Positions 38,401 through 47,000 of a DNA stretch of 64,000 nt are shown in pieces. Origin of the DNA: Verrucomicrobiia bacterium (GTDB lineage Bacteria > Verrucomicrobiota > Verrucomicrobiia > Limisphaerales > UBA1319); the NCBI GenBank assembly GCA_963664225.1, contig OY760937.1, forward strand, positions 1,248,001-1,312,000, given 5' to 3'. Within the stretch, counting starts at the first letter, position 1, and each line of letters starts with the position of its first letter. The notes under the pieces were generated by a model, which was not told where the DNA came from, searched no databases, and saw only the letters and a program-made list of their open reading frames with translations. The position numbers were made by a program, and so were the translations under genes.

Positions 38401-40716
38401 CTGGATTTTGAAGCCGGTGCTCCAAAGTTGCACCTCGTCAAGCAGGCTATCAGTTCCCTTCAATCCTTCGTAGTCGAAGACGAGCAAACCGCAATCTTCC
38501 AGATTTGGCGCGGTCACCCGCCAACCGCGCTGGAGATCACGATAAAGGTAATAATCGATGACACGGCGAAGGGCGTCATTGGTGGCGTTCTTTGCTGGGC
38601 CGCGCACTTCCGGGTCGGCGGCGTATTCGTCGAACTGAAGCTGCATGGCCTCGAAGACCGAGCGCGAAAGTTCGCCGTGGTTGATTCCGGGGCCGCGTTT
38701 TTCCTGGGTCGCTTTATGAAGCGCCGACCGGAGCAGGGCCACTTGGGCGAAATCATTGAAGTGACCGGCCTGAAGCGAAGCATCCTGCCGGTTGTCCGTA
38801 AAACTGAGGAGTTTACGGGCCTCGGGGTTGAGATCGCGGTCGCGCTGCAATTCGATAAGCGAGCGGACCGCCAGGATAGTGGTTGCCGTGCTGCGATTAT
38901 CCACCCCGAGGGTGGCCAGCTTGGGGCGCTCTGAACGCTGGTTCCTGGTGTATGCCACACCGCATGATGGATGAAGGCAGAAGAGGAAGTTTCCATGGAT
39001 GAGCGCTGCCGGCATACCCTGGCCTTCGGAGACGAGTCGGCCCGTGGCGTCAACGAAGACGGGTTCTGGCATATCGGAGCGTGAGGAGGGAGCAATCCGT
39101 TCCACACCTTGAGGTGTGGTTTCCTTCATGAAGGCCGGGAGCCGCTCCAACAGTTCCGCTCCCTCGGTTCGTGGCCAGGGATGCGATGTGGAGACATAAA
39201 GATAAGCATCGCCATTGCCATCGTCACCTTCCTCACGGCGGTCCTCCCGCGGCAGCAGCGCTTTGCCCTGCTCAGTGGACACCGTTTTCACACGATGGTA
39301 TGCGGTGCCGCACTGACGACAAAAGACCAGGGGAAAGAGCAACTTGTCAGGCTCGCCAGGCTTGGAGCCTTTCTTGGACATTTCCAAGTGGCGCTGTGGC
39401 TCGGGTTCGAGAGTGGTCCAAACGGTGTCACCACGCGTGAAAAACTGATGCAGCCGGAACGCAAAGATGGGAAAGCGGCTCGATGCGCTTCGCCGGAGTT
39501 CGGAGCCCTTCAGCAGGTATTGGCGCAGCACCGCTTCGCAGCGTGGCGGTTCGGTAATGGTCAGGTGCGCAAGTTCTTCTGCGGCACTGTCAGAACCCTG
39601 CAAGCGCCGTGGTGCCTGCCGGATGAGACGGACAGTTCCTGCCTCGGCGCGGACACCAAAGGTTGTTTCGATCCAAGAGGCCAAAGGGTGAATTCGGAAG
39701 TGTTCGTAATCGTCGGGAGGCGGCGTTTCGGCCTGGATGGTGTCGCGCAAGGACTGAACCACTTTGGAGTCCTTGAAATCAACCTCCGGGGTAGCGCGTT
39801 CCAATGACTCACCAATCACCTGCGAAGCATCAAACGGGACACCCAAAAGCATCTTTGCAACATTGGCGACTTCGCGCTTCTGATCATCGGTAGAGCCACC
39901 ACTGGCCATTGTCGCCGAGGTGCCGACGCAGATAATGTCGTGGCCGCCGAAAGCTTGGCGGCAGCGGCGGATGAGTAGCGCTACGTCTGCACCCTGGCGC
40001 CCACGATAAGTGTGCAACTCATCGAAGACGAGAAAACGTAATCCCTGCGCGGCTCGGATTAGTTCGCGGTCCTCATGGCGCGTGAGGAGCAATTCCAGCA
40101 TCATGTAGTTCGTCAGCAAGATATCGGGCGGATTGCTGCAAATTAAGTCACGCTCTGGCCGTTTTTCCTGGCCGGTGTAGCGAGCGAAGCGAACGGGGGG
40201 CTTTCCTTCCGGGTATCCCTGTTTAAGGAACTTGCCAAGCTCCTCGTCCTGACTGTTAGCCAGGGCGTTCATGGGATATACGACGATACCTTGGATGCCT
40301 CGGCCTGAGCCACGCCGAAGAACATGATCCACAATCGGGACGATGTAAGTCAGACTTTTGCCGGAGCCGGTGCCGCTGGTTAGAACGTATGATTTGTTTT
40401 CCTTGGCTTTGCGAATGCCTTCAGTCTGGTGTGTGTGGAGAAGGAGTTGTTTGCCAGCCAGATCGGCCTGCGTTTTGTCGATGCGGAAGATTCTGGCACA
40501 TTCGGGGTGCAGGGTTCCGTCAGCGACGAGGTCGTCGATGGTGCCACCTGGCTGGAATGTTGGATTTAGCTGAAGGAGGGGTTCCGGCCAGAATGCGCCG
40601 GCATTGAGTTCGGAATCGACTTTTGAGAGAATGGACGCGTCGGCGATCTTTATGAAGCTCTTGGTATAGCTTGCGTAATCGTTAACCAGACGTTGCCGTA
40701 AATCGAAGACATTCAT
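35461..40716 (-). CDS. YprA-family DEAD/DEAH helicase fused to DUF1998 and a C-terminal Vsr/DUF559-like nuclease domain
   Basis: TSGTGSGKS, YPMNALANSQ, FDELH, TMELGVDI, QRSGRAGR; DUF1998 FYEASEGGAG and CGKACYECL; RPDFYY..YIDGPPH; start at ATG 40716 (MNVFDLRQRL). Confidence 0.92.
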   Translation of the reverse strand: MNVFDLRQRLVNDYASYTKSFIKIADASILSKVDSELNAGAFWPEPLLQLNPTFQPGGTIDDLVADGTLHPECARIFRIDKTQADLAGKQLLLHTHQTEGIRKAKENKSYVLTSGTGSGKSLTYIVPIVDHVLRRGSGRGIQGIVVYPMNALANSQDEELGKFLKQGYPEGKPPVRFARYTGQEKRPERDLICSNPPDILLTNYMMLELLLTRHEDRELIRAAQGLRFLVFDELHTYRGRQGADVALLIRRCRQAFGGHDIICVGTSATMASGGSTDDQKREVANVAKMLLGVPFDASQVIGESLERATPEVDFKDSKVVQSLRDTIQAETPPPDDYEHFRIHPLASWIETTFGVRAEAGTVRLIRQAPRRLQGSDSAAEELAHLTITEPPRCEAVLRQYLLKGSELRRSASSRFPIFAFRLHQFFTRGDTVWTTLEPEPQRHLEMSKKGSKPGEPDKLLFPLVFCRQCGTAYHRVKTVSTEQGKALLPREDRREEGDDGNGDAYLYVSTSHPWPRTEGAELLERLPAFMKETTPQGVERIAPSSRSDMPEPVFVDATGRLVSEGQGMPAALIHGNFLFCLHPSCGVAYTRNQRSERPKLATLGVDNRSTATTILAVRSLIELQRDRDLNPEARKLLSFTDNRQDASLQAGHFNDFAQVALLRSALHKATQEKRGPGINHGELSRSVFEAMQLQFDEYAADPEVRGPAKNATNDALRRVIDYYLYRDLQRGWRVTAPNLEDCGLLVFDYEGLKGTDSLLDEVQLWSTGFKIQVDRDVEQFIETPPPLQSCQPELREELLRTLLDVLRRSLAIKVDVLDPQKQLDLVEQTMPRLLEDTVWYLEDARELVKSVVAYPRPKQPMDRTGFFVSSYGSYGRYVKRLLRQHVPQGQNFGRPEVEQAIRFLFLALKRYGIVEQVRSGEVPGYQINADALRWLPAQGEIRPLDRTRLLEVGEIPPEVNRYFVECYRSFVDLKCVLEAREHTAQVTAEDREDREDRFRTGDLPLLFCSPTMELGVDIAQLNLVNLRNVPPTPANYAQRSGRAGRGGQPALVYTYCAGRSPHDQYYFREPHQMVAGFVAPPRIDIRNRDLVRSHVHAIWMEVATPDLGKTLATVLDLAAADGKIPLPVKDALGKELRNPIHRASALAKANSLIASIRDDLSTAAWFHENWTREVLDQIERAFDSACDRWRGLYRSALRQRELHHKIIGDHARPEAERNQSRRLRAQAESQIRLLTEAESIYEGDFYSYRYFAAEGFLPGYNFPRLPLSAYVPGRRKRKGRDEFVSRPRFLAISEFGPRALIYHEGARYRVYKVNLDFGSDDIEATHDLVTATMKRCPKCGYAHLEQGKNLVEVCDRCGAALDGPARIDNLVHLQNVSLKMAQRITCDEEERQRFGYKLVTSYRFPEIGGKLDRKDAEVYCGDTLAMRLSYGDATDLYRINLGWANQRGTQPPGFNLDLERGYWSRNQADDEDEDDATAQGRLQRVVPYVKDTKNALVMRIEPARSGPEMASLQSAFKQAILKHFQLEPRELSCEPMPSAKDRQEILFYEASEGGAGVLRQIAEDPTLIPLLARRALEILHFDADTLEDKGAKTCGKACYECLLDYFNQPDHKDLNRYLIRDLLSDLARSVCCPAGGAGSRAERLAALHKRCDSQLEKRWLDRIDSLLLRPPSDAQFLIESCTTRPDFYYREHNAAIYIDGPPHDGADQIRQDEAITQRLMETGYLVIRFHHKADWNEIFPRHPDVFGTPST

Positions 40717-40723
40717 GAGCACT

Positions 40724-40987
40724 TTATTGGATGCGGCCAGTCTGATCTGGAGGAAAGGCGGTTTTGGGAAGCAGTTCAGTGATGCCGTAAAGTGGGTTTG
40801 GCCGAGGCGACTTTCTCGCGGCATAAACGACCTGGACCCACGGTTCAATCTCGAACGCCAGGAAATTCCACAGGCTTCCAAGTTTGTGGACAAGAGTTCT
40901 ATTGCGAAAGATACGGCTATAAGTCGTGTCTGGATCGACGTCCAAGTGCGTCGCAATCTCTCCAAGTGACAGCCAATATGCTTGCAT
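40724..40987 (-). CDS. excisionase-type HTH (HTH_17) regulator heading the defence operon, divergent
   Basis: WLSLGEIATHLDVDPDTTY..HKLGSLWNFLAFEIEPWV matches the MerR-like HTH_17 pattern; ends 7 nt before the helicase ATG. Confidence 0.7.
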   Translation of the reverse strand: MQAYWLSLGEIATHLDVDPDTTYSRIFRNRTLVHKLGSLWNFLAFEIEPWVQVVYAARKSPRPNPLYGITELLPKTAFPPDQTGRIQ

Positions 40988-41539
40988 AAAAATCTGTGAC
41001 GAAGCCCTGATCGAGCCTCGGTCAGGAGCAGTAACCCTCAAGTTCCAAGCGACTCTGGAGAAGTCTGCCTAATTATGCCAGAACAAATCCATGCGAACAT
41101 ATTCGTTTGGAGCAGAACCTTTTGAGTGAAAGAGTGCCATTTTGGCCCTTAAGAACCACCCAAGGCTTCGATGTTGGAAGACTGAAGCGTTTGGGGGGAT
41201 GATTGTGGGGAATAGATGGTCTGGGATGGAATGACGGGGCCATATTAAAAAACGTGCGTCGCCGACTGGTGAAATCCGAAGTGTCTTCCAGAATATCGAT
41301 CCTACCGGTTTCTGTCCGGCAGCGGCGAATGGAGATTCGATGGGATGATTCAGGATTTGGACGTGTTAACAAGCGATCCCCTCGTAACGGTGCGGGTGCC
41401 GTGTGTATTTAGGAGCCATTCGAGAGGTTTTTGTTAACAAAACGTTAACAATGTAACTCTTTGCAGCGCAGTATTTAGAGAGTGTTTTTGTTCTGTTTTC
41501 TGTCTTTATTGCACCGTTAGGTGCATCTGGTGTGGGGGT

Positions 41540-41609
41540 TTCAAAGGGGGGCTTTCAGGGGAGGTGATTGTGGGGGGTTCAAAGGGGGGCTTTCAGGGGA
41601 GGTGATTGT
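41540..41609. repeat. 32-bp G-rich direct repeat x2 (38-bp period)
   Basis: TTCAAAGGGGGGCTTTCAGGGGAGGTGATTGT at 41540-41571 and 41578-41609. Confidence 0.85.
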
Positions 41610-41859
41610 TGATCGGGGCAAAAGGGGGGGATCTTGGGGGTGAGTCTTTTTGAGGCGGCGCGGTGCGGAGTCGCGTCGGAGGTGGGTCAGAATGGCACCA
41701 AGCAGAAAGCCGCCCGGGATTGGGATGTCGAATCCGTTTCGTGATTTGGAAACGGGCGACAAGATGCCAAGCGGCGGGGGATATCGTATGGTATTTCTTG
41801 CCGGACACGGGACGGCGTCGCGGGGCTTTTGCGGGCAGCGGCCTACCGGGCTGTTCCTG

Positions 41860-42327
41860 TTAAGGTTTCCGCGGGCGCATTTCGTCATGTTCTTGGAAGG
41901 AGTAAAACCCCGCGTTACCAATGACCAGGTGATCTAATACGGGAATCCCCAGGAGTTCGCCCGCTTCCTGAAGTCGGTGCGTCACCGCGACATCCTCCGC
42001 GCTGGGGATGATTCCCCCGGCATTCTGACCCGAAGTATGGTTGTGAGCGACGATGATCGATGTGGCACCGGCCGCCAGAGCGGCTTGAAAAACTTCCTTG
42101 GCGCCGACGGGGCAACTGGAAGCCGTTCCCGTCGCGGCCACATAGTAGCCCATGACTTGGTTGCGGTTATCGAGAAACAGGGTTAAAAAATGCTCGCGGA
42201 CGTTATCCGGTAAAACCCGCCGCATGAATTCGGCCGCTTTCGCGGGTGAACCGACCGCGTCAAAAGTGACTCCCCGGCGTGGTCCTCGATATTTCAGCGA
42301 CACCTCACGAACAAAAACAACAGCCAT
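41860..42327 (-). CDS. short RadC-like JAB-domain protein
   Basis: REHFLTLFLD, IIVAHNHTSG...SAED, VLDHLVIG. Confidence 0.88.
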   Translation of the reverse strand: MAVVFVREVSLKYRGPRRGVTFDAVGSPAKAAEFMRRVLPDNVREHFLTLFLDNRNQVMGYYVAATGTASSCPVGAKEVFQAALAAGATSIIVAHNHTSGQNAGGIIPSAEDVAVTHRLQEAGELLGIPVLDHLVIGNAGFYSFQEHDEMRPRKP

Positions 42328-42393
42328 GTGTTTTCCTCCTCGGTTTTCTTGTGGAGGTCCGCGTCCATCAGGCGTGGACCTCCCATCATTAAG

Positions 42394-43299
42394 TTAAGCA
42401 GTCGCCTGCAAGACTTCGCGCTCCTCGTTCCCCCCGTCGGTGGGATCCTGAATGGGGATCTTCCCGCGGATAAAGTCGGCGGCGCGCTGGGCAGCCGAGG
42501 CCGCCCGAACAAGAATCCGGCTATCCTGCCGGAACACGCGCGCCCAGCCTTCGATGTAACTGGCCTGGAGCATTTCGGTGTCCGGATTCTGTATTCCCGC
42601 AAAGCCACACAGGAAGGCAGCGCCAAACTCAGCGACCAGCTCCTCGAAGGAATATTTTTCGACACGGTCGCCTTCGGCCTCGGCGAAGCGGTTCAAGCGC
42701 CGTGGATGGCCCGAGGAATGCACCAATTCATGGAAAAGGGTCGCGTAATACTCATCAGCACTCTCGAATTGGCTCAAGTGCGGCAAGGTGACGCGGTCCA
42801 AGCGCGGGCTGTAAGCGGGTTGCGCTATGATGGCATGGACGATTTCCGGTTTGTCGGGCATGACGTCGAGCATCTGATCGGCGAGCTGGACCCGGTCGTC
42901 AAGCCGGGGTTGGACGTCGTCATCGGGTCGTGCGACACCTTCGACTTGGTCGAGATTAAACACGGCGCTCACAAACGGCACGCAGGGAGCGATCTGTTGC
43001 TGGCCTGTGAGCTCGGCACGTCGGGCGAGTTCTTCGAGGGTGCGCCATTTCCAATAAACCACGGGCGTCGCGCGCTGGCCCTTACGGACGTGTCCGCCTT
43101 GGCGCTGGGCCTCCCGATAGGTGAGCCAATACGGGGAAGTGTATTCGGTGCAGCCCAGCACCAGAATATTAATACCGCGGTATTCCTTGGCGGTGGCGAG
43201 GCTCTTGGGCAGGCCCGTCTTCCAGGTCTTGCGCCAGGGGACTTGACCGGCGGCGAGTTGATTCAAAATGCGGGCGGTGACCGTTTCATAAATGCTCAT
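42394..43299 (-). CDS. ardC: ArdC-family ssDNA-binding antirestriction protein with zincin-like domain
   Basis: VPWRKTW, YRGINIL, WLTYREA..GGHVRKGQR, TLFHELVHSSGH..RLNR, YSFEELVAE. Confidence 0.9.
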   Translation of the reverse strand: MSIYETVTARILNQLAAGQVPWRKTWKTGLPKSLATAKEYRGINILVLGCTEYTSPYWLTYREAQRQGGHVRKGQRATPVVYWKWRTLEELARRAELTGQQQIAPCVPFVSAVFNLDQVEGVARPDDDVQPRLDDRVQLADQMLDVMPDKPEIVHAIIAQPAYSPRLDRVTLPHLSQFESADEYYATLFHELVHSSGHPRRLNRFAEAEGDRVEKYSFEELVAEFGAAFLCGFAGIQNPDTEMLQASYIEGWARVFRQDSRILVRAASAAQRAADFIRGKIPIQDPTDGGNEEREVLQATA

Positions 43300-43361
43300 G
43301 GTTCGTATCTCCTTGTTGGATTTAAAAGGCCGTCGGAGCGGATTCCCCGGCGGCGGGTTTT

Positions 43362-43643
43362 CTAATATTCCTCAAGCATCAACGTGGTTAACGACCGATC
43401 GGCTTCGGTAATGATCCAGAAGTGGGTCCCGTTCCGGTCCTGGTAAGCTGACAGGAGACGGAGGCCCTCAATTAAAGACACCTCGTTTTTCTGCGCGTCT
43501 GCGGGGACGATTTCACCCCAATCACCCGAGGCATGACGGCGCAGGCAAGCGCAGGCGTCGTCGGCATTGAGTCGCTTCGATGCGGTGGTCGTGATGACGA
43601 TTTGGCCCAAGGCGAAGCGTTGTTTCAATTGGCTCTGTTGCAT
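43362..43643 (-). CDS. conserved plasmid/ICE hypothetical protein
   Basis: FALGQIVIT..RHASGDWG..RLLSAY..FWIITEADRSLTT family pattern; GGAGG RBS before ATG 43643. Confidence 0.8.
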   Translation of the reverse strand: MQQSQLKQRFALGQIVITTTASKRLNADDACACLRRHASGDWGEIVPADAQKNEVSLIEGLRLLSAYQDRNGTHFWIITEADRSLTTLMLEEY

Positions 43644-43763
43644 GACAATTTCCTCCAAAGTTTCACCCCGGCACCTCCCAAGAGCAGTTTCCCCTGGGAG
43701 GCGGGGTGTTTTCACAATTACTTGAAACACTCCGCCTCCCAGTGGAAACGAAAACAACAAAGG

Positions 43764-43998
43764 CAGCCCGCAGGGCTGACCACTTAGGACCGGGCGTAGT
43801 CAACCCCGGACCCGGCGGCGACTAGTTGCAGAATCCGTGACAGCGGAACCAGGAGAACGGACGCCACCTCGGTCCGCACCGCAGCCACACCCGGCAAGGG
43901 GGTTGCGCCCAGGCTCGGAGCTGGCGCGGATTGTGCCCTACCAAGCCGACGGGGCCGGGGGTGCGAAGCCCAAAGACACAGCCAGCCCGTCAGGGCTG
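43764..43998 (-). promoter_or_regulatory. long imperfect hairpin, candidate single-strand (Frpo/ssi-like) promoter
   Basis: Imperfect ~50-bp inverted repeat (43804-43853 vs 43908-43961) bracketed by two CAGCCC..GGGCTG hairpins; upstream of the hyp-ardC-radC genes. Confidence 0.55.
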
Positions 43999-44052
43999 AC
44001 CGATTGGGAATTTTGGAATTATGGAATTATGGAATTGGGGGTGACCGCTGTT

Positions 44053-45357
44053 TTACGGCTCGAGCAGTTTCATTTCGACCAGGACCGGACCGAGTTCGGT
44101 GAGCAGTTCCTGGGCTTCTTTGATGCGCTCGATGGCGTCGGGATAATGAAGATAGCTTGCTGAATTGATTTTCCAGCGCGGCCGCACCCGGTCGTTCGAA
44201 GAGGAAACAATGGATGCCATCGTGCTGCCCCCCTTGGGGGTTGACGCTAATGCACCGCTGTTCACGAGCCTGGTGAAGGAAAGCGGTTTCTTCTCGAGCG
44301 TGCTGCCTCTTATCTGCCAGTAACCGGGGGTGATGAAGGATGCCAGCTTGGCCTGAATTGCCGGGTCCGCCGCTTTCTTGCGGAGTTCAATCTTGTGCGC
44401 CTCGTCTCCGGCCGTCGCGACCGCCACCTTGTTTTTGGCTTCCTCCGTCTGCTGGTCGGCTTTCTTGATCAAGATATCGCGATCCAGCGCGGCCTTCTTT
44501 TCCTCCGACTCGGCGCGGATTTTCGCGGCCTCGCGGTTCGCCTCGTCAATTATTCGCTGGGCTTCCGCCTTGGCGAGCGTTTGAACCGCCTGATCTTTCG
44601 CCTCCGTAGTATTGTCTGCCAGCGTCTGACGAGTTTTGGTGGCGTCGGCTTCCGCCTGTTGCTGGAGGGCCACCTCGAGGGTCGGCGAACTCGGGCTGAG
44701 CGTGGCGGTGGTGTATTTAACCTTCGATTCCTGGATTAGCGAGGCAAGGACAGTGCGCACTTGCGCCACTTTCTGCAGATCCTGATTGGCGACGGACACT
44801 GCTTTCTGAGCACTGATTACGAGTTCCGGCTCGGGCTCATAAGCGGTCCCGGCTTGGGAAAGGATTTGCTGCTCCATCCGACGGGCGCCCTCCAACCGAG
44901 TGGTGATGTCCGGTGTTGGCGGCAGGTCCGGAATCTGCTTCTGGTAAAAGGCCCGGGTTTGATCGACGAGTTGTGGATACAAGGCGATGCGCTTGCCGTC
45001 CTCGTTGGTTTTGAGGGTGGTCGCGTCCAAGGTCAAACTGTTGACCTCCCTCAATAATTGCTCGAGTGCATTGGTTGCCACCTGGGTTTGTGCCAGCAGA
45101 TCTTTCTGACGGTTGGCTGCCATTGTGAGCTTGACTGCCTCAGCCCCTTTTTGGCGTTCCAGTTCATGTTGGTCCTGTGCCGCTTTCTGAGCCGCCATAT
45201 CGGTTCGAAGCTTGGCGTTCTCACGGTTCAGATAATAAAACACCCCGCCCACAGCGGCCAGGCCGACCAGGGTGAAAACCAAAAGCGCGAGGAATGCGGC
45301 CCAGATTGGAATGCCTTGGGGTTTGTCAGATTGAGGCTTGGATTGGGTTTTATTCAT
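44053..45357 (-). CDS. membrane-anchored coiled-coil hypothetical protein
   Basis: N-terminal TM helix (IWAAFLALLVFTLVGLAAVGGVFYYL) followed by Ala/Gln/Lys-rich heptads; in the mob operon. Confidence 0.8.
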   Translation of the reverse strand: MNKTQSKPQSDKPQGIPIWAAFLALLVFTLVGLAAVGGVFYYLNRENAKLRTDMAAQKAAQDQHELERQKGAEAVKLTMAANRQKDLLAQTQVATNALEQLLREVNSLTLDATTLKTNEDGKRIALYPQLVDQTRAFYQKQIPDLPPTPDITTRLEGARRMEQQILSQAGTAYEPEPELVISAQKAVSVANQDLQKVAQVRTVLASLIQESKVKYTTATLSPSSPTLEVALQQQAEADATKTRQTLADNTTEAKDQAVQTLAKAEAQRIIDEANREAAKIRAESEEKKAALDRDILIKKADQQTEEAKNKVAVATAGDEAHKIELRKKAADPAIQAKLASFITPGYWQIRGSTLEKKPLSFTRLVNSGALASTPKGGSTMASIVSSSNDRVRPRWKINSASYLHYPDAIERIKEAQELLTELGPVLVEMKLLEP

Positions 45358-45371
45358 GATCGATGCGTGGC

Positions 45372-47000
45372 TCAGGGTTGTGTGTCTTCCGGGGGGAACC
45401 CGGGAAGATTGGGAGGCGGCAGCCGACGGCGGCCAGGCTTGGATCGGGCTCCAGCGGAGGCTTTCTTTGAAGTCGGCTTCAGGCCAAACAATGTTTTCTC
45501 TTCGTTAGCCGTCCATTCCTTGAGTTTCTGGCTCTCTGCGTCGGGGTGCGGCACGAACGCCTGGACCTCCTTGTCAGGCGGCCGCCGCCAGGCGTTTACC
45601 TCGTCGAACCACCGCTCGGTGATCACGATGCAATTCAGCCATGGGACATCGTGGACGGCTTTAAATTCTTTACGCGGACCGGTGAACGGCAGGTCCATGA
45701 AATAGGACGCCAACAAAGTGGGCCGGTCCTGAAGATTATATTGGACTGAAGTGGAATTTCCCGATTTGTCGCCACTACTCTCGCTGAAGACCGGCTCGGT
45801 GCGCCGGGTCTTGCCAAAATAACTCTCAGCCCAAGCCGCCGTTTTCGGATCCCCCAGCCGTAGAAAACTTTTGTTGGCGCACGCTCCCAAAATATCCTCG
45901 GCACGGTGCTCATTGTAGATATCTATCAAGCCCTCGATGGTTTGAAGGGCGAGCAGGACCGAGGCCCCTTTTGCCCGTCCGCGATTGAGCAGATTGTGAA
46001 TGGAGTCCACTTTTTCCATGGCGCGAAACTCGTCTAACACGAACCAGTGCCTGGGGCGGCGGTTGTTGGGACCGCGCAGGATTTCGTCCGTCAGCGCCTT
46101 GATCACGATGGCGTTGATCGGCCACAGACTTTCATGGAGCACGGGATCATATCCCAGCACCAACACACCGGGGCGTTGAAGAAACCTGTCGATGGAGAAG
46201 CGAGGTCCCGCTTCGCGGGTGTGCCACAGTGCGGCGACCTCCTCAAACCGGGCCAGCTTGGTGGTCAGGGTCGATAGCACCCCGAAAGCGTGCTTGTCGT
46301 CATTCAGGATGGCTCCTGCCAGCCGACTGGCACGTGTATGGCCGGTCGTCACGGCCACGATGTGTTCCTTCGAGTCCAGTGCGCAAAGCAAGTCGCGGAG
46401 AGTCCAGCGCGATTGCATAATCCGATTCAGTCCCCACATCGCATACACCACCAGATCGCGCGCGGCGGAGGCAAAGAAAGGCGACGTGGATGTGGGTTCC
46501 TGGGGCACCAAAAGCGTGGCGATATAGCGAGCCATGGCCGGGGTCTTCGCCGCCTCGGCGAGGTTCCAGACCGCACACCGTTCGTCGAACGGGTTCAAGA
46601 TCCAGAAGTTGTCCTGTCCGTGCCGCAGACCCAAGCCGGCCAGCGTGGGCAGAATGTCTCGCTTTGCGTCGAAGATAATCAACTGCTCCGGTTGCGTCCT
46701 GTTGGGGTGGAATCGCGGGGCGATGGACTGGAGGAATAAGTCAATCGCTGTCGTTTTGCCGGCTCCCACAGCCCCGGTAATCAGAAAGTGCTTCGCGGCT
46801 TCCTCGATCGGCATGTTGCGCATGGCCCAATAGACCTGATCTTCGTTGAAGCAGATCGCGCAGGGCAACTGTTGTCGCCGCGATTGCCGGCCCTTGCCGG
46901 ATTGCGTGGGTCTTGCGAGAATGCTTAGGAGCGAAGGTTCCGCCGCTTTCTCGCGAGCGACTTTGCCAAACATGTCCCAGAAGGAGCGGTTCATATTCAA
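45372..47000 (-). CDS. type IV coupling protein-like ATPase (TrwB/TraD DNA-binding domain)
   Basis: HFLITGAVGAGKT, IFDAKRD, LNPFDER, WFVLDEF, GRAKGASVLLALQ. Confidence 0.88.
   Translation of the reverse strand: MNMNRSFWDMFGKVAREKAAEPSLLSILARPTQSGKGRQSRRQQLPCAICFNEDQVYWAMRNMPIEEAAKHFLITGAVGAGKTTAIDLFLQSIAPRFHPNRTQPEQLIIFDAKRDILPTLAGLGLRHGQDNFWILNPFDERCAVWNLAEAAKTPAMARYIATLLVPQEPTSTSPFFASAARDLVVYAMWGLNRIMQSRWTLRDLLCALDSKEHIVAVTTGHTRASRLAGAILNDDKHAFGVLSTLTTKLARFEEVAALWHTREAGPRFSIDRFLQRPGVLVLGYDPVLHESLWPINAIVIKALTDEILRGPNNRRPRHWFVLDEFRAMEKVDSIHNLLNRGRAKGASVLLALQTIEGLIDIYNEHRAEDILGACANKSFLRLGDPKTAAWAESYFGKTRRTEPVFSESSGDKSGNSTSVQYNLQDRPTLLASYFMDLPFTGPRKEFKAVHDVPWLNCIVITERWFDEVNAWRRPPDKEVQAFVPHPDAESQKLKEWTANEEKTLFGLKPTSKKASAGARSKPGRRRLPPPNLPGFPPEDTQP

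Noticed and set aside
27386..40716. Classical DISARM class I call
   Set aside because: Helicase and DUF1998 are fused and no PLD nuclease (drmC) is present, so it is described as DISARM-related/ARMADA-like without gene symbols
40717..40965. N-terminal 83 aa of the 1834-aa helicase ORF
   Set aside because: Overlaps the HTH gene in another frame; family-like sequence begins at MNVFDLR (40716)
41540..41609. 32-bp direct repeat as a CRISPR array
   Set aside because: Only two copies, a 6-nt gap instead of a spacer, and no cas genes
44014..44037. TGGAATTA octamer x3
   Set aside because: Short simple repeat with no supportable function
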